Positions 8,521-17,178 of a DNA stretch of 64,000 nt are shown here, one piece after another (positions within the stretch are counted from its first letter, which is position 1; each line of letters opens with the position of its first letter). Both the position numbers and the translations under genes were made by a program. Source of the stretch: a virus; the IMG/VR virus record IMGVR_UViG_3300042291_002084, positions 6,168 through 70,167 of that record; one strand, given 5' to 3'. The notes beneath the pieces were generated by a model. The model was given only the letters and a program-made list of their open reading frames with translations. It did not search any database and was not told where the DNA came from.

Positions 8521-10017
8521 ATGTCATTTATTAATTGGGGATCAGAGTCTCCCAAACAAAAAGAAAATCGTCGAAGATTTGAAGAAGAGCAAATGTTATA
8601 TGAGCAGGCTATTAGATTCTCTAGAACGACTGGTTCAATGGCAGGAGCAGCGGGTTCAGGATCAGTTGCAGATAAACCACCTATCGAATTATCTGCACAT
8701 CAGTGTACTATCGCTGGATTCAAGATTAGATGTTCTTCAGGAGAAGAACCAGTTAAGATTTCAGTTGATTGGGGAGATGATTTTAAAGAAGACATTATAA
8801 TATCTGATTCAATCGACTATACTTATTCTCATGAATATGGTGCAGGTTCTCCAGGAGAATATACTATTTTGATTAAGAGTAAACAACTTGATCGAATATC
8901 TAAATTTACAATCGACGGTGGGGTTACAAATTGGAATAAATTCCTTAGCGGAATTACTGGACTTCCTCTATTAATTAATCTAGTTGAACTTGAATTAACT
9001 TATACTTATTTAACTAATTTTGATACTGAGGCACCGTTAGCGGCTACTCTTAATAGTCTATATCTTAATGAAAATTATGATTTAAATGAATTTAATCCAA
9101 CTTATCCTTTGCCTGCAACTCTTAGTGAATTAATTATACTATCTGGCTCAATTGATTCATTTAATTTAACTCATCCGTTGCCTGCATCAGTACAATCGCT
9201 TTCTCTAAACGGAAATGGAATGACTTCGTTTAATTTAAACATAGAGCCAAATAACAATTTACTATTTTTAAGACTATATGGTAATCAACTCACTCAATTT
9301 ACAAGCGACTTAAGTGCAGCAACAAACTTATATAGGCTTGAACTAGATGGTAATCAAATGACATTGTTTAACCCAAGTGCACCTCTACCGAATAGTTTAA
9401 GAGTATTGTCATTATCCCAAAATCAGTTAGCTTCATTTAACCCAACTTATCAATTACCACCGCTAAATACTCTTAATTTAGGATCAAATAGGTTAACAAC
9501 ATTTGGATATTCTCATCCATGGCCACAGTATTTAACGTATTTATATTTACAAAATAATTTATTAACTTCGTTTAACCCTACTTACCGAGTTACAAGTGCT
9601 GAAGTTTTTCAACTTAGTGATAACATGTTAACATCATTTGACTATTCCCATGTATTGCCAAGCAATATACAGCACCTTTCATTATATGGAAATAGATTAA
9701 CGTCATTTTCATTAATTCAACCTTTTCCAGCAAACGGGCGAAGTATCTATGTATATGGAAATAATCAGCTGACTTCAGTAGATCTTTCAAATGTTACTAA
9801 TCCAACTGACCAGCTAAATTCAGTATGGTTTGCTTGGTGTAAACTTCCATCATCTGAAATAAATGAGATACTTATCCATTGTAATACAATAATGACAACT
9901 AGTAAAAGTCGCCAAATTCGATTAGATGGACAATCCCCTGCTGCTCCACCGAGTGGTGCTGGACTTAGCGCTAAGACTTCTTTACAAGCAAAAGGGGTTT
10001 ACGTATATACAGATTAA
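8521..10017 (+). CDS. Leucine-rich-repeat protein with PKD-like domain (probable virion surface/adhesin protein)
   Basis: VDWGD..HEY..PGEYTI PKD motif; ~12 repeats LxxLxLxxNxLTxF; N-terminal module shared with 10407. Confidence 0.85.
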   Translation: MSFINWGSESPKQKENRRRFEEEQMLYEQAIRFSRTTGSMAGAAGSGSVADKPPIELSAHQCTIAGFKIRCSSGEEPVKISVDWGDDFKEDIIISDSIDYTYSHEYGAGSPGEYTILIKSKQLDRISKFTIDGGVTNWNKFLSGITGLPLLINLVELELTYTYLTNFDTEAPLAATLNSLYLNENYDLNEFNPTYPLPATLSELIILSGSIDSFNLTHPLPASVQSLSLNGNGMTSFNLNIEPNNNLLFLRLYGNQLTQFTSDLSAATNLYRLELDGNQMTLFNPSAPLPNSLRVLSLSQNQLASFNPTYQLPPLNTLNLGSNRLTTFGYSHPWPQYLTYLYLQNNLLTSFNPTYRVTSAEVFQLSDNMLTSFDYSHVLPSNIQHLSLYGNRLTSFSLIQPFPANGRSIYVYGNNQLTSVDLSNVTNPTDQLNSVWFAWCKLPSSEINEILIHCNTIMTTSKSRQIRLDGQSPAAPPSGAGLSAKTSLQAKGVYVYTD

Positions 10018-10024
10018 TAAAATT

Positions 10025-10387
10025 ATGAAAGATCTAATATTTGCATATTCTCAATTTATTAATGAGTCTAGAACAGCTGGGCTAAATTTTATTGAATTCT
10101 CAAAAGCTCGACTTGAAGGTGCCTCTAAGATTACCAAAATGGCTAAGGAGAAGGGCGGATCTGCCTTATTAACATATCAACATTTTGTAGTTAAGTTACC
10201 TTATTATAAGAAGGCCTCACTTGGAAAATTTGATAGTTCCATAATGCAAACGGAGCTTTCTAAACTAGTAAAAGACTTAGCTCGAGGGACCTCAAATAAA
10301 ATTAGACTTGAGCAGGTAGAATTTCAAAGATTAGTTGGTAAAATTGAGGTAATTGGAGAGTTATTAATTAAGTTCCAAGATAAATAA
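10025..10387 (+). CDS. Putative internal virion protein, tag MKDLIFAYSQFINES
   Basis: Start reassigned to ATG 10025 (avoids overlap, exposes tag). Confidence 0.7.
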   Translation: MKDLIFAYSQFINESRTAGLNFIEFSKARLEGASKITKMAKEKGGSALLTYQHFVVKLPYYKKASLGKFDSSIMQTELSKLVKDLARGTSNKIRLEQVEFQRLVGKIEVIGELLIKFQDK

Positions 10388-10406
10388 TTAAAATTAACCA
10401 AGAGTA

Positions 10407-10802
10407 ATGGGGCAAATAAATTGGGGCATAGAATCTAACGCTCAAAGAAAAGCTCGTCGTAAACAATACGAAGAGGATGAACTTTGGATGAGGGCTGTAC
10501 AATTAGCTAGAATTACAGGAGCAGTTGGATTTAATGCAGTAACTGGTGCAGGTGGAGAAGTTCCACCACGTCAACCAGCAATGGTCAATAAGTCAACTCC
10601 TGCAGGTTTAGTAGACGGCTTAAATACTCAATTTATCTTGGAATATGAACCTATTCCAGGCAGTGACCACCTATATATGAATGGACTTTTACAAGATAAC
10701 GAATTTGGAGGAGATTACATGATAAATAAGAATATAATTACATTCGATGAACCTCCAATAATAGGTTCAGTTATTAAATGTACTTACATGATATTTATTT
10801 AA
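10407..10802 (+). CDS. Small structural/decoration protein
   Basis: N-term INWG.ES module shared with 8521; C-term DG.NT.F.L...LY.NGLLQ...DY domain shared with C-terminus of 11379 fibre. Confidence 0.75.
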   Translation: MGQINWGIESNAQRKARRKQYEEDELWMRAVQLARITGAVGFNAVTGAGGEVPPRQPAMVNKSTPAGLVDGLNTQFILEYEPIPGSDHLYMNGLLQDNEFGGDYMINKNIITFDEPPIIGSVIKCTYMIFI

Positions 10803-10821
10803 AATTACAATATACACTAAA

Positions 10822-11052
10822 ATGGAGGAAGCTAAATATTCAACATCTGATCTATACTTAAGCGCATTCTTAAAATCGAATGGACAAAAAATGAGTGTTG
10901 TTAAAAATAAGAACAAGGCAACTTTTGTTTTTGACGAAACTCAAGAATTAAATACCTTAGTAAATAACTATTTAACTGATGATGCTCAGTGTAATCCATT
11001 AAGTTTTGCAAACGCAATAAAAAATATTAAAAATTTATTATATAATCTCTAA
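10822..11052 (+). CDS. DUF5659-like small (winged-helix) protein
   Basis: YSTSDLYLSAFL...K..FVF pattern recalled for DUF5659. Confidence 0.6.
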   Translation: MEEAKYSTSDLYLSAFLKSNGQKMSVVKNKNKATFVFDETQELNTLVNNYLTDDAQCNPLSFANAIKNIKNLLYNL

Positions 11053-11378
11053 CTTTTTAAAAATCAGTTAGATATATAATATAGAGAACACTTTTATAAT
11101 ATTTATATCAACGGTAAATCCGTTTAATTATTTAAATTAATAACATACTTAAGGAAGGCTATCATAGCTTTCGTATATTTTATTAAAATTTATCCCCTTA
11201 TCTAGTGATGATTCATATCTATTGAAGTATAACAAACGTTGTATTGAATCATCAGTATTCCAACATTTAGATTAATATTTAACAAGGCGGCAACTGTTCC
11301 GTCCGCATCGTCATATTTTAATATCTATGAAAATAATCGGTGTGTAAATTTACAGTCATAAAAATAAATTAAAAAAAT

Positions 11379-14300
11379 ATGGCAAAAACTAAAATTATAT
11401 TAAATCGCCAATCTGATTTAATACTTAATAGTGCACAAATAGTTCAGCCAGTAGGAATCGTAAAATCAGATTTACCAGGATTAGTAGATGATCTATCTTC
11501 TCTAGGAACGGCAATTGATGCTGAGGAATCATCTAGGATTGCGGCGATTAGCTCTGAAGAGACTGCGCGTATTGCAGCAGATTCAGGTTTATCTTCTGAA
11601 ATTTCAGTAGAACGTGTTCGTATTAACACAATCCTTAGTGGATCCGATGTTAATTTAAACCAGTTTAAGGAAGTAGTCGATTTTGTTAACTCTATTGATT
11701 TAGCTAATGATAATGCATTATTGGCCGCAGTTACTGATATTACATCTGACCTTACTGCTGAATCTGCAAGAGCGCTTGCTGCTGAATCTACATTAACTAC
11801 TGACTTATCATCTGAGGTGTCTGCACGAATTTCTGCAGTATCTGATGAAGAATCTGCTAGAATTGCTGGAGATAATTCACTAGCTTCTGATTTAGCTGAT
11901 GAGATGTCTGCTCGTATTGCAGCAGATGACCAATTATCTTCTGATCTAGCTGATTTACAGACATACGTCGATACTACTGTTAATTCTGCTATTAGTACTC
12001 TGACTTCTGACTTAACTGATGAGACCTCTGCTCGTATTGCTGATGTTAATGCTGAAGAGACTAGAGCTCTTGCTGCTGAGGCTGCTTTACAATCTGCTAT
12101 TGATGCAGAAACTGCTGCAAGAATTGCTGCTGATGAAACTCTAGATGATAAAATTGCTGATATTATCTCTAATAGTAATGCTCCTATAGTTGACTCGTTT
12201 ACTGAAATGGTGGCTAGTTTAGAAGCTGAAATCACTAGAGCTGAAGCCGCAGAAATGGAAATTTCTATCAATTTAACAGAAGAAGAAACACGTGCTCTTG
12301 CTGCTGAAGTTGTATTACAAGATGCTATCGATGCTGAAGAGACTCGTGCTACTGCGGCTGAAGCTGTATTACAGGCTGCTATTGATGCTGAAACCGCTGC
12401 TCGTATTGCTGCTGATGAAACTCTTGACGATAAAATCGCAGATATTATCTCTAATACTAATGCTCCTATCGTTGACTCATTCACTGAAATGGTTGCTAGT
12501 TTAGATACTGAAATTGCTAGAGCTGAAGCTGCTGAAGATGTATTAACTAACAATTTAGATGCGGAAGTTACTCGTGCTACTGATGCTGAAGCTGCATTGG
12601 ATGCCGCTAAATTAAATTTAGCAGGTGGTACTATGTCTGGTGCTATTGATATGAATGGTAATAGCATCAATGACGTTAATAATATTACAGCAAATAATAC
12701 TACTTCAGGTACTGTAAGTGTTAATAATTTATTTGATTTAGATGCCGGTGCTATCTATTTTGGAAATAACTTAGATGGTGATAATGCTCAAACTATTATC
12801 AACCTTCCACTACCAACAAATGGAGGTGATGCTGCTAATAAAGCTTATGTCGATGCTCAAGCTTTAAGAATCGATGCTATCCTTGAAGGATCTGATGTTG
12901 ACTTGAATCAATTCAAAGAGGTAGTTGATTTTGTACAATCTATTGACTTAAGTAACGATGAAGCATTAATGAATGCTATGATTAATATCGAAACGTCAAT
13001 TGCTCAAGAAACTGCTGATCGTGAAACTGCTGATTCTGTAATCGAAGATATAATTTCAACTTTAGATCAAACGTTAACTTCTAACATTTCTACTTTAACA
13101 TCTACATTAGATACTGAAATCTCAGAAAGAATATCTGCGATTGACTCGGTTGAGTCTAGTATTTCAGATCTTTCTGATTCTTTAGATTCATCGGTTATTA
13201 CTATTAATGATTCTATTAATGGAGTTTCTATCGACTTATCTGATGAAGTTATTAGAGCTACTGCTGCTGAAACCTTACTTCAATCTAATATTGATGACCA
13301 AGCACTAAGAATTACTACTATCCTTGAAGGTTCTGACGTTGACTTGAATCAATTCAAAGAAGTAGTTGACTTTGTTAACTCTATAGATTTGACAAACGAT
13401 GAAGCATTAATGAATGCGATGATTAATATCGAGGATTCTATTGCTCAAGAAACTTCTAGTAGAGAATCTGCTGATTTAGTAATTGAAGATATGATTTCTT
13501 CTTTAGATCTATCGTTATCTTCTAATATGTCTATATTAACTAATACGGTAGATACTGAAATTGCAGATAGAATATCCGCTATTGAAACGGTTGAGACTAG
13601 TATTTCTGATCTTACTACTACTTTAGATGCTTCAATTATGACTATTAATGATTCTATTAATGGTGTTGCATCTGATGTATCTGCGGAAGAAGCTAGAGCT
13701 ATTGCTGCTGAAACCGCACTTCAAACTAGTATTAACACTCAAGCTGAAGCAATTTCTGCTATTCTTGAAGGATCTGATGTTGACTTAAATCAATTTCGTG
13801 AAGTAGTTGCTTTTGTTGAAAGTATTGATTTAACAAATGATGAAGCATTAATGAATGCAGTTGTTAATATTGAAACATCAATTTCTCAAGAAACTGGTGA
13901 TCGTGAAGCTGCTGATTCTGTAATTTCTGATACTATTTCTTCTTTAGATCAAACGTTAACTTCTAACATTTCTACTTTAACATCTACATTAGATACTGAA
14001 ATTGCAGATAGAATATCTGCTATTGAATCAGTTGAGGATGCTATCTCGGATGTTTCTGATTCATTAGATTCTTCAGTTATATTTATTAATGATTCTATTA
14101 ATGGTAAATTAGACGTAACTGGTGGTTATATGACTGGTGATATCAACATGAGTGGTGGTTATAATATTAACAATGCATTTAGGGTTAATGCTGATGGAAT
14201 TAATACAAATAAGTTAAATAGCCCTAATAATAATATTGAGTTAGCTGTACCTTTAAATACGCAAGGTAATGCTATTACTAACTTGCCAGCACCTACAAAC

Positions 14301-17096
14301 GGAGGAGACGCAGCTAACAAGACTTATGTTGATAGTGCTGATGCTACATTACAATCTAATATTGATGAACAAGCTGCAAAAATTGAAGCTATTCTTGAAG
14401 GATCTGATGTTGACTTAAATCAATTTCGTGAAGTAGTTGCTTTTGTTGAAAGTATTGATTTAACAAATGATGATGCTTTATTGACTGCTATTACTAATAT
14501 CAATTCTGCGATTGATTCCGAAGTTGCTGATAGAGTTGCTGATGTTGATGCTGAAGAAGCTAGAGCTATTGCTGCTGAAGCTGCATTGGATGCCGCTAAA
14601 TTAAATTTAGCTGGTGGTACTATGAGTGGTGGTATTAATATGGCTGAAAATACTATTGACAATGTATCAGTATTAACAACTAATGATTTTTATACTAATG
14701 GTATCGCATCAAAAGCTGTAGGAGGAGAAGTATATTTGCTTTCACCAGTTAATGCTAATGGTAATAGTATTGTTTCGTTACCAGCACCAACTAACGATGG
14801 TGATGCTGCTAACAAATTGTATGTTGATACAGAATCTACAAGAGCACTTGCTGCTGAAGCTGCTAAATTAAATTTAGCTGGTGGTACAATGACTGGTGGT
14901 ATTAATCTGGGTGGGAATGCTATTAGTGATATTTATGAACTATATTCGCAATACATATATACAAAAGGATTAAGGGCACTTGTTGGTAGTAATATTTTCC
15001 TTTCTGACAATTTAGATGCTGGTGAATATAGGAGAGTAATCAACTTACCTGCGCCAATTAACGGTGGAGATGCTACTAATAAAACTTATGTTGATGCTGT
15101 CGATGCTCAATTATCTTCCGACTTAGCTGACTTACAAACTTATGTTGATACAACAGTTGATTCTGCTATTACTACGTTAACGACTGATTTAGCTACTGAA
15201 ACTGCTGCAAGAATCGCTGACGTTGATGCTGAAGAAGCTAGAGCTATCGCTGCTGAAGGTGTATTAGATGCTGCATTAGATGCTTATAAACTTTCTACTG
15301 ACTCTACTATTTCACAAGTACATAGTTTACATACTGCTGCTGAAGGTGTATTACAATCTAATATTACTGCTGAAGCTAATGAAAGAGCTGCAGAAGATAT
15401 CACTTTACAAGGTAATATTGATATTGAAGCTACGAGAGCACAAGCTGCAGAAACTGCTATTGCTTCTGACTTAGGTACAGAAACTGCTGCAAGAATTGCT
15501 GGAGATTCTGCTGAAGAGGCTAGAGCAACTGCTGCTGAATTCTTATTAACTTCTAATTTATCTAATGAAGTTTCTAGAGCTACTGCAGCTGAAGGAGTAT
15601 TACAATCTAATATTGATACTGAAACTGCAAGAATAGATGCTATACTTGTTGGTGCTTCTGCTAATGCTGATAATTTCGCTAAAATCGTTACGTTAATCAA
15701 TTCTGTTGATACTGAAAACGATACTGCATTTGCTTCGTATGTACTTGCTAACGATGCTGCTTTATCTGCTGAAGTTACTAGAGCAACTACTGCTGAAGGA
15801 GTATTATCTACTGATTTAACGACTGAAGTTACTCGTGCTACTGCTGCGGAAGGTGTACTAACTACTGATTTAGCTACTGAAGTTACTCGCGCTACTGCTG
15901 CTGACGCTACATTAACTGCTGCGATATCTGCTGAAGAAGTTTCAAGAATTGCTGGAGATTCTGCTTTACAATCATCATTGAATAATGAAATTGCAGATAG
16001 GATCGCTGCTGCACAAGCTGCACAAGTTGCTATTGGTGCTGAAGTTACTAGAGCAACTGCTGCGGAAGGAGTATTAACTTCTGCTGTGTCTGCGGAAATC
16101 GCTAGAGCTGAAGCTGCTGAATCGGTATTAACTACTAATTTAGCTACTGAAGTTACTGCTAGAGGAGTTGCAGATTCTGAATTATCTAACCGCATTTCCC
16201 CTATGGAAGAAATTCTTGAATTTAAAAAAGAATTTATTTACGAAAATAATGCACAAGTATTTGCTAACGGCCAACCAGGCTTAGAAGATGCTCAACTACG
16301 TGATGGTTGGTACTATCAGAACACGGTTGCAGGTCAAAAAATTAACTGGTACTTCTTTGATGGTGTAAACCATGCAAACATTGCTTTAGGTAATTTCTCA
16401 GCATATGCGGTAATGACTTTTGATTCTGATGCTAGTTCACCAATCTTGTCTGTATACACAATGCCAACAGGCTCAGGTGATGTTATCCCTGGATTTGCAC
16501 ATTCAAGCCTAGCCTATGGTAATCTAAACGCGACTCCAGTTGTTGGTAAAAAATACCTAGTCTACTTTGGTCAAAACCCTACAATTAACCCAGAGCTTCC
16601 GAGAATTCAGCTTTCACTTTCAGTAGGATCCTCTAATGGTGATATGAATCCATTAGAAAGAGTTTCAACCGCAGCGTTTGGTTCTAATTCAGGTGCAGCT
16701 GTAAATAATGTTAAGTTTATGGTTGAGTCTGTAGGTGTATATTCTCCAGATTTTAAAGGAGAAGCTAAACTTAGAATTAGAAAAGCAAGTTTTACTAATT
16801 TAGCTACAGAAGTTGCTAGAGCTCAAGCTGCTGAATTAATACTAACAAATGATTTTGCTAATATCTATAGTAAAAAAGTTGCAATTACTGGAACACCAAA
16901 TGGAGTTTTAACTACGTTCACATTAGCATTACCTGTTAGAATTGGATCAGAGATGATTTATATAAGCGGTTTGTTAATGGAAGAAGGCGCAGATTATACT
17001 ACGATTATCACTTCTGGTAAAGTTACTGGCGTCGAATTCCTAGATGCACCATCTACTGAAATGAAAGTTAGAGCATACGGTGTTTGTGGAATTTAA
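11379..17096 (+). CDS. 1905-aa repetitive coiled-coil fibre protein (tail/head fibre)
   Basis: ExxRAxxAExxL coiled-coil repeats, ILEGSDVDLNQFxEVV x5, KLNLAGGTMxGxI x4, LPAPTNGGDAANKxYVD x4; C-terminal beta domain. Confidence 0.85.
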   Translation: MAKTKIILNRQSDLILNSAQIVQPVGIVKSDLPGLVDDLSSLGTAIDAEESSRIAAISSEETARIAADSGLSSEISVERVRINTILSGSDVNLNQFKEVVDFVNSIDLANDNALLAAVTDITSDLTAESARALAAESTLTTDLSSEVSARISAVSDEESARIAGDNSLASDLADEMSARIAADDQLSSDLADLQTYVDTTVNSAISTLTSDLTDETSARIADVNAEETRALAAEAALQSAIDAETAARIAADETLDDKIADIISNSNAPIVDSFTEMVASLEAEITRAEAAEMEISINLTEEETRALAAEVVLQDAIDAEETRATAAEAVLQAAIDAETAARIAADETLDDKIADIISNTNAPIVDSFTEMVASLDTEIARAEAAEDVLTNNLDAEVTRATDAEAALDAAKLNLAGGTMSGAIDMNGNSINDVNNITANNTTSGTVSVNNLFDLDAGAIYFGNNLDGDNAQTIINLPLPTNGGDAANKAYVDAQALRIDAILEGSDVDLNQFKEVVDFVQSIDLSNDEALMNAMINIETSIAQETADRETADSVIEDIISTLDQTLTSNISTLTSTLDTEISERISAIDSVESSISDLSDSLDSSVITINDSINGVSIDLSDEVIRATAAETLLQSNIDDQALRITTILEGSDVDLNQFKEVVDFVNSIDLTNDEALMNAMINIEDSIAQETSSRESADLVIEDMISSLDLSLSSNMSILTNTVDTEIADRISAIETVETSISDLTTTLDASIMTINDSINGVASDVSAEEARAIAAETALQTSINTQAEAISAILEGSDVDLNQFREVVAFVESIDLTNDEALMNAVVNIETSISQETGDREAADSVISDTISSLDQTLTSNISTLTSTLDTEIADRISAIESVEDAISDVSDSLDSSVIFINDSINGKLDVTGGYMTGDINMSGGYNINNAFRVNADGINTNKLNSPNNNIELAVPLNTQGNAITNLPAPTNGGDAANKTYVDSADATLQSNIDEQAAKIEAILEGSDVDLNQFREVVAFVESIDLTNDDALLTAITNINSAIDSEVADRVADVDAEEARAIAAEAALDAAKLNLAGGTMSGGINMAENTIDNVSVLTTNDFYTNGIASKAVGGEVYLLSPVNANGNSIVSLPAPTNDGDAANKLYVDTESTRALAAEAAKLNLAGGTMTGGINLGGNAISDIYELYSQYIYTKGLRALVGSNIFLSDNLDAGEYRRVINLPAPINGGDATNKTYVDAVDAQLSSDLADLQTYVDTTVDSAITTLTTDLATETAARIADVDAEEARAIAAEGVLDAALDAYKLSTDSTISQVHSLHTAAEGVLQSNITAEANERAAEDITLQGNIDIEATRAQAAETAIASDLGTETAARIAGDSAEEARATAAEFLLTSNLSNEVSRATAAEGVLQSNIDTETARIDAILVGASANADNFAKIVTLINSVDTENDTAFASYVLANDAALSAEVTRATTAEGVLSTDLTTEVTRATAAEGVLTTDLATEVTRATAADATLTAAISAEEVSRIAGDSALQSSLNNEIADRIAAAQAAQVAIGAEVTRATAAEGVLTSAVSAEIARAEAAESVLTTNLATEVTARGVADSELSNRISPMEEILEFKKEFIYENNAQVFANGQPGLEDAQLRDGWYYQNTVAGQKINWYFFDGVNHANIALGNFSAYAVMTFDSDASSPILSVYTMPTGSGDVIPGFAHSSLAYGNLNATPVVGKKYLVYFGQNPTINPELPRIQLSLSVGSSNGDMNPLERVSTAAFGSNSGAAVNNVKFMVESVGVYSPDFKGEAKLRIRKASFTNLATEVARAQAAELILTNDFANIYSKKVAITGTPNGVLTTFTLALPVRIGSEMIYISGLLMEEGADYTTIITSGKVTGVEFLDAPSTEMKVRAYGVCGI
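13761..14473 (+). repeat. Near-identical ~80-bp internal repeats of the fibre gene (13761-13843 and 14391-14473; related copies ~11630, 12880, 13320)
   Basis: attcttgaaggatctgatgttgacttaaatcaatttcgtgaagtagttgcttttgttgaaagtattgatttaacaaatgatga occurs twice. Confidence 0.85.
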
Positions 17097-17178
17097 AAAT
17101 ACTTTGTATAAAATAATTCACACAAATAGTTTGACTATTTAAAGTCAAATTTTAAATAAATAAAAAAAACATTTAAAA

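Noticed and set aside
9926-10024. Long start of ORF 9926..10387
   Set aside because: Overlaps the LRR gene; ATG 10025 gives the standard leader and tag
11444-16195. Long antisense ORFs (408, 80, 303 aa) in the fibre gene
   Set aside because: Shadow frames caused by GCT/GAA/ACT-rich repetitive codons
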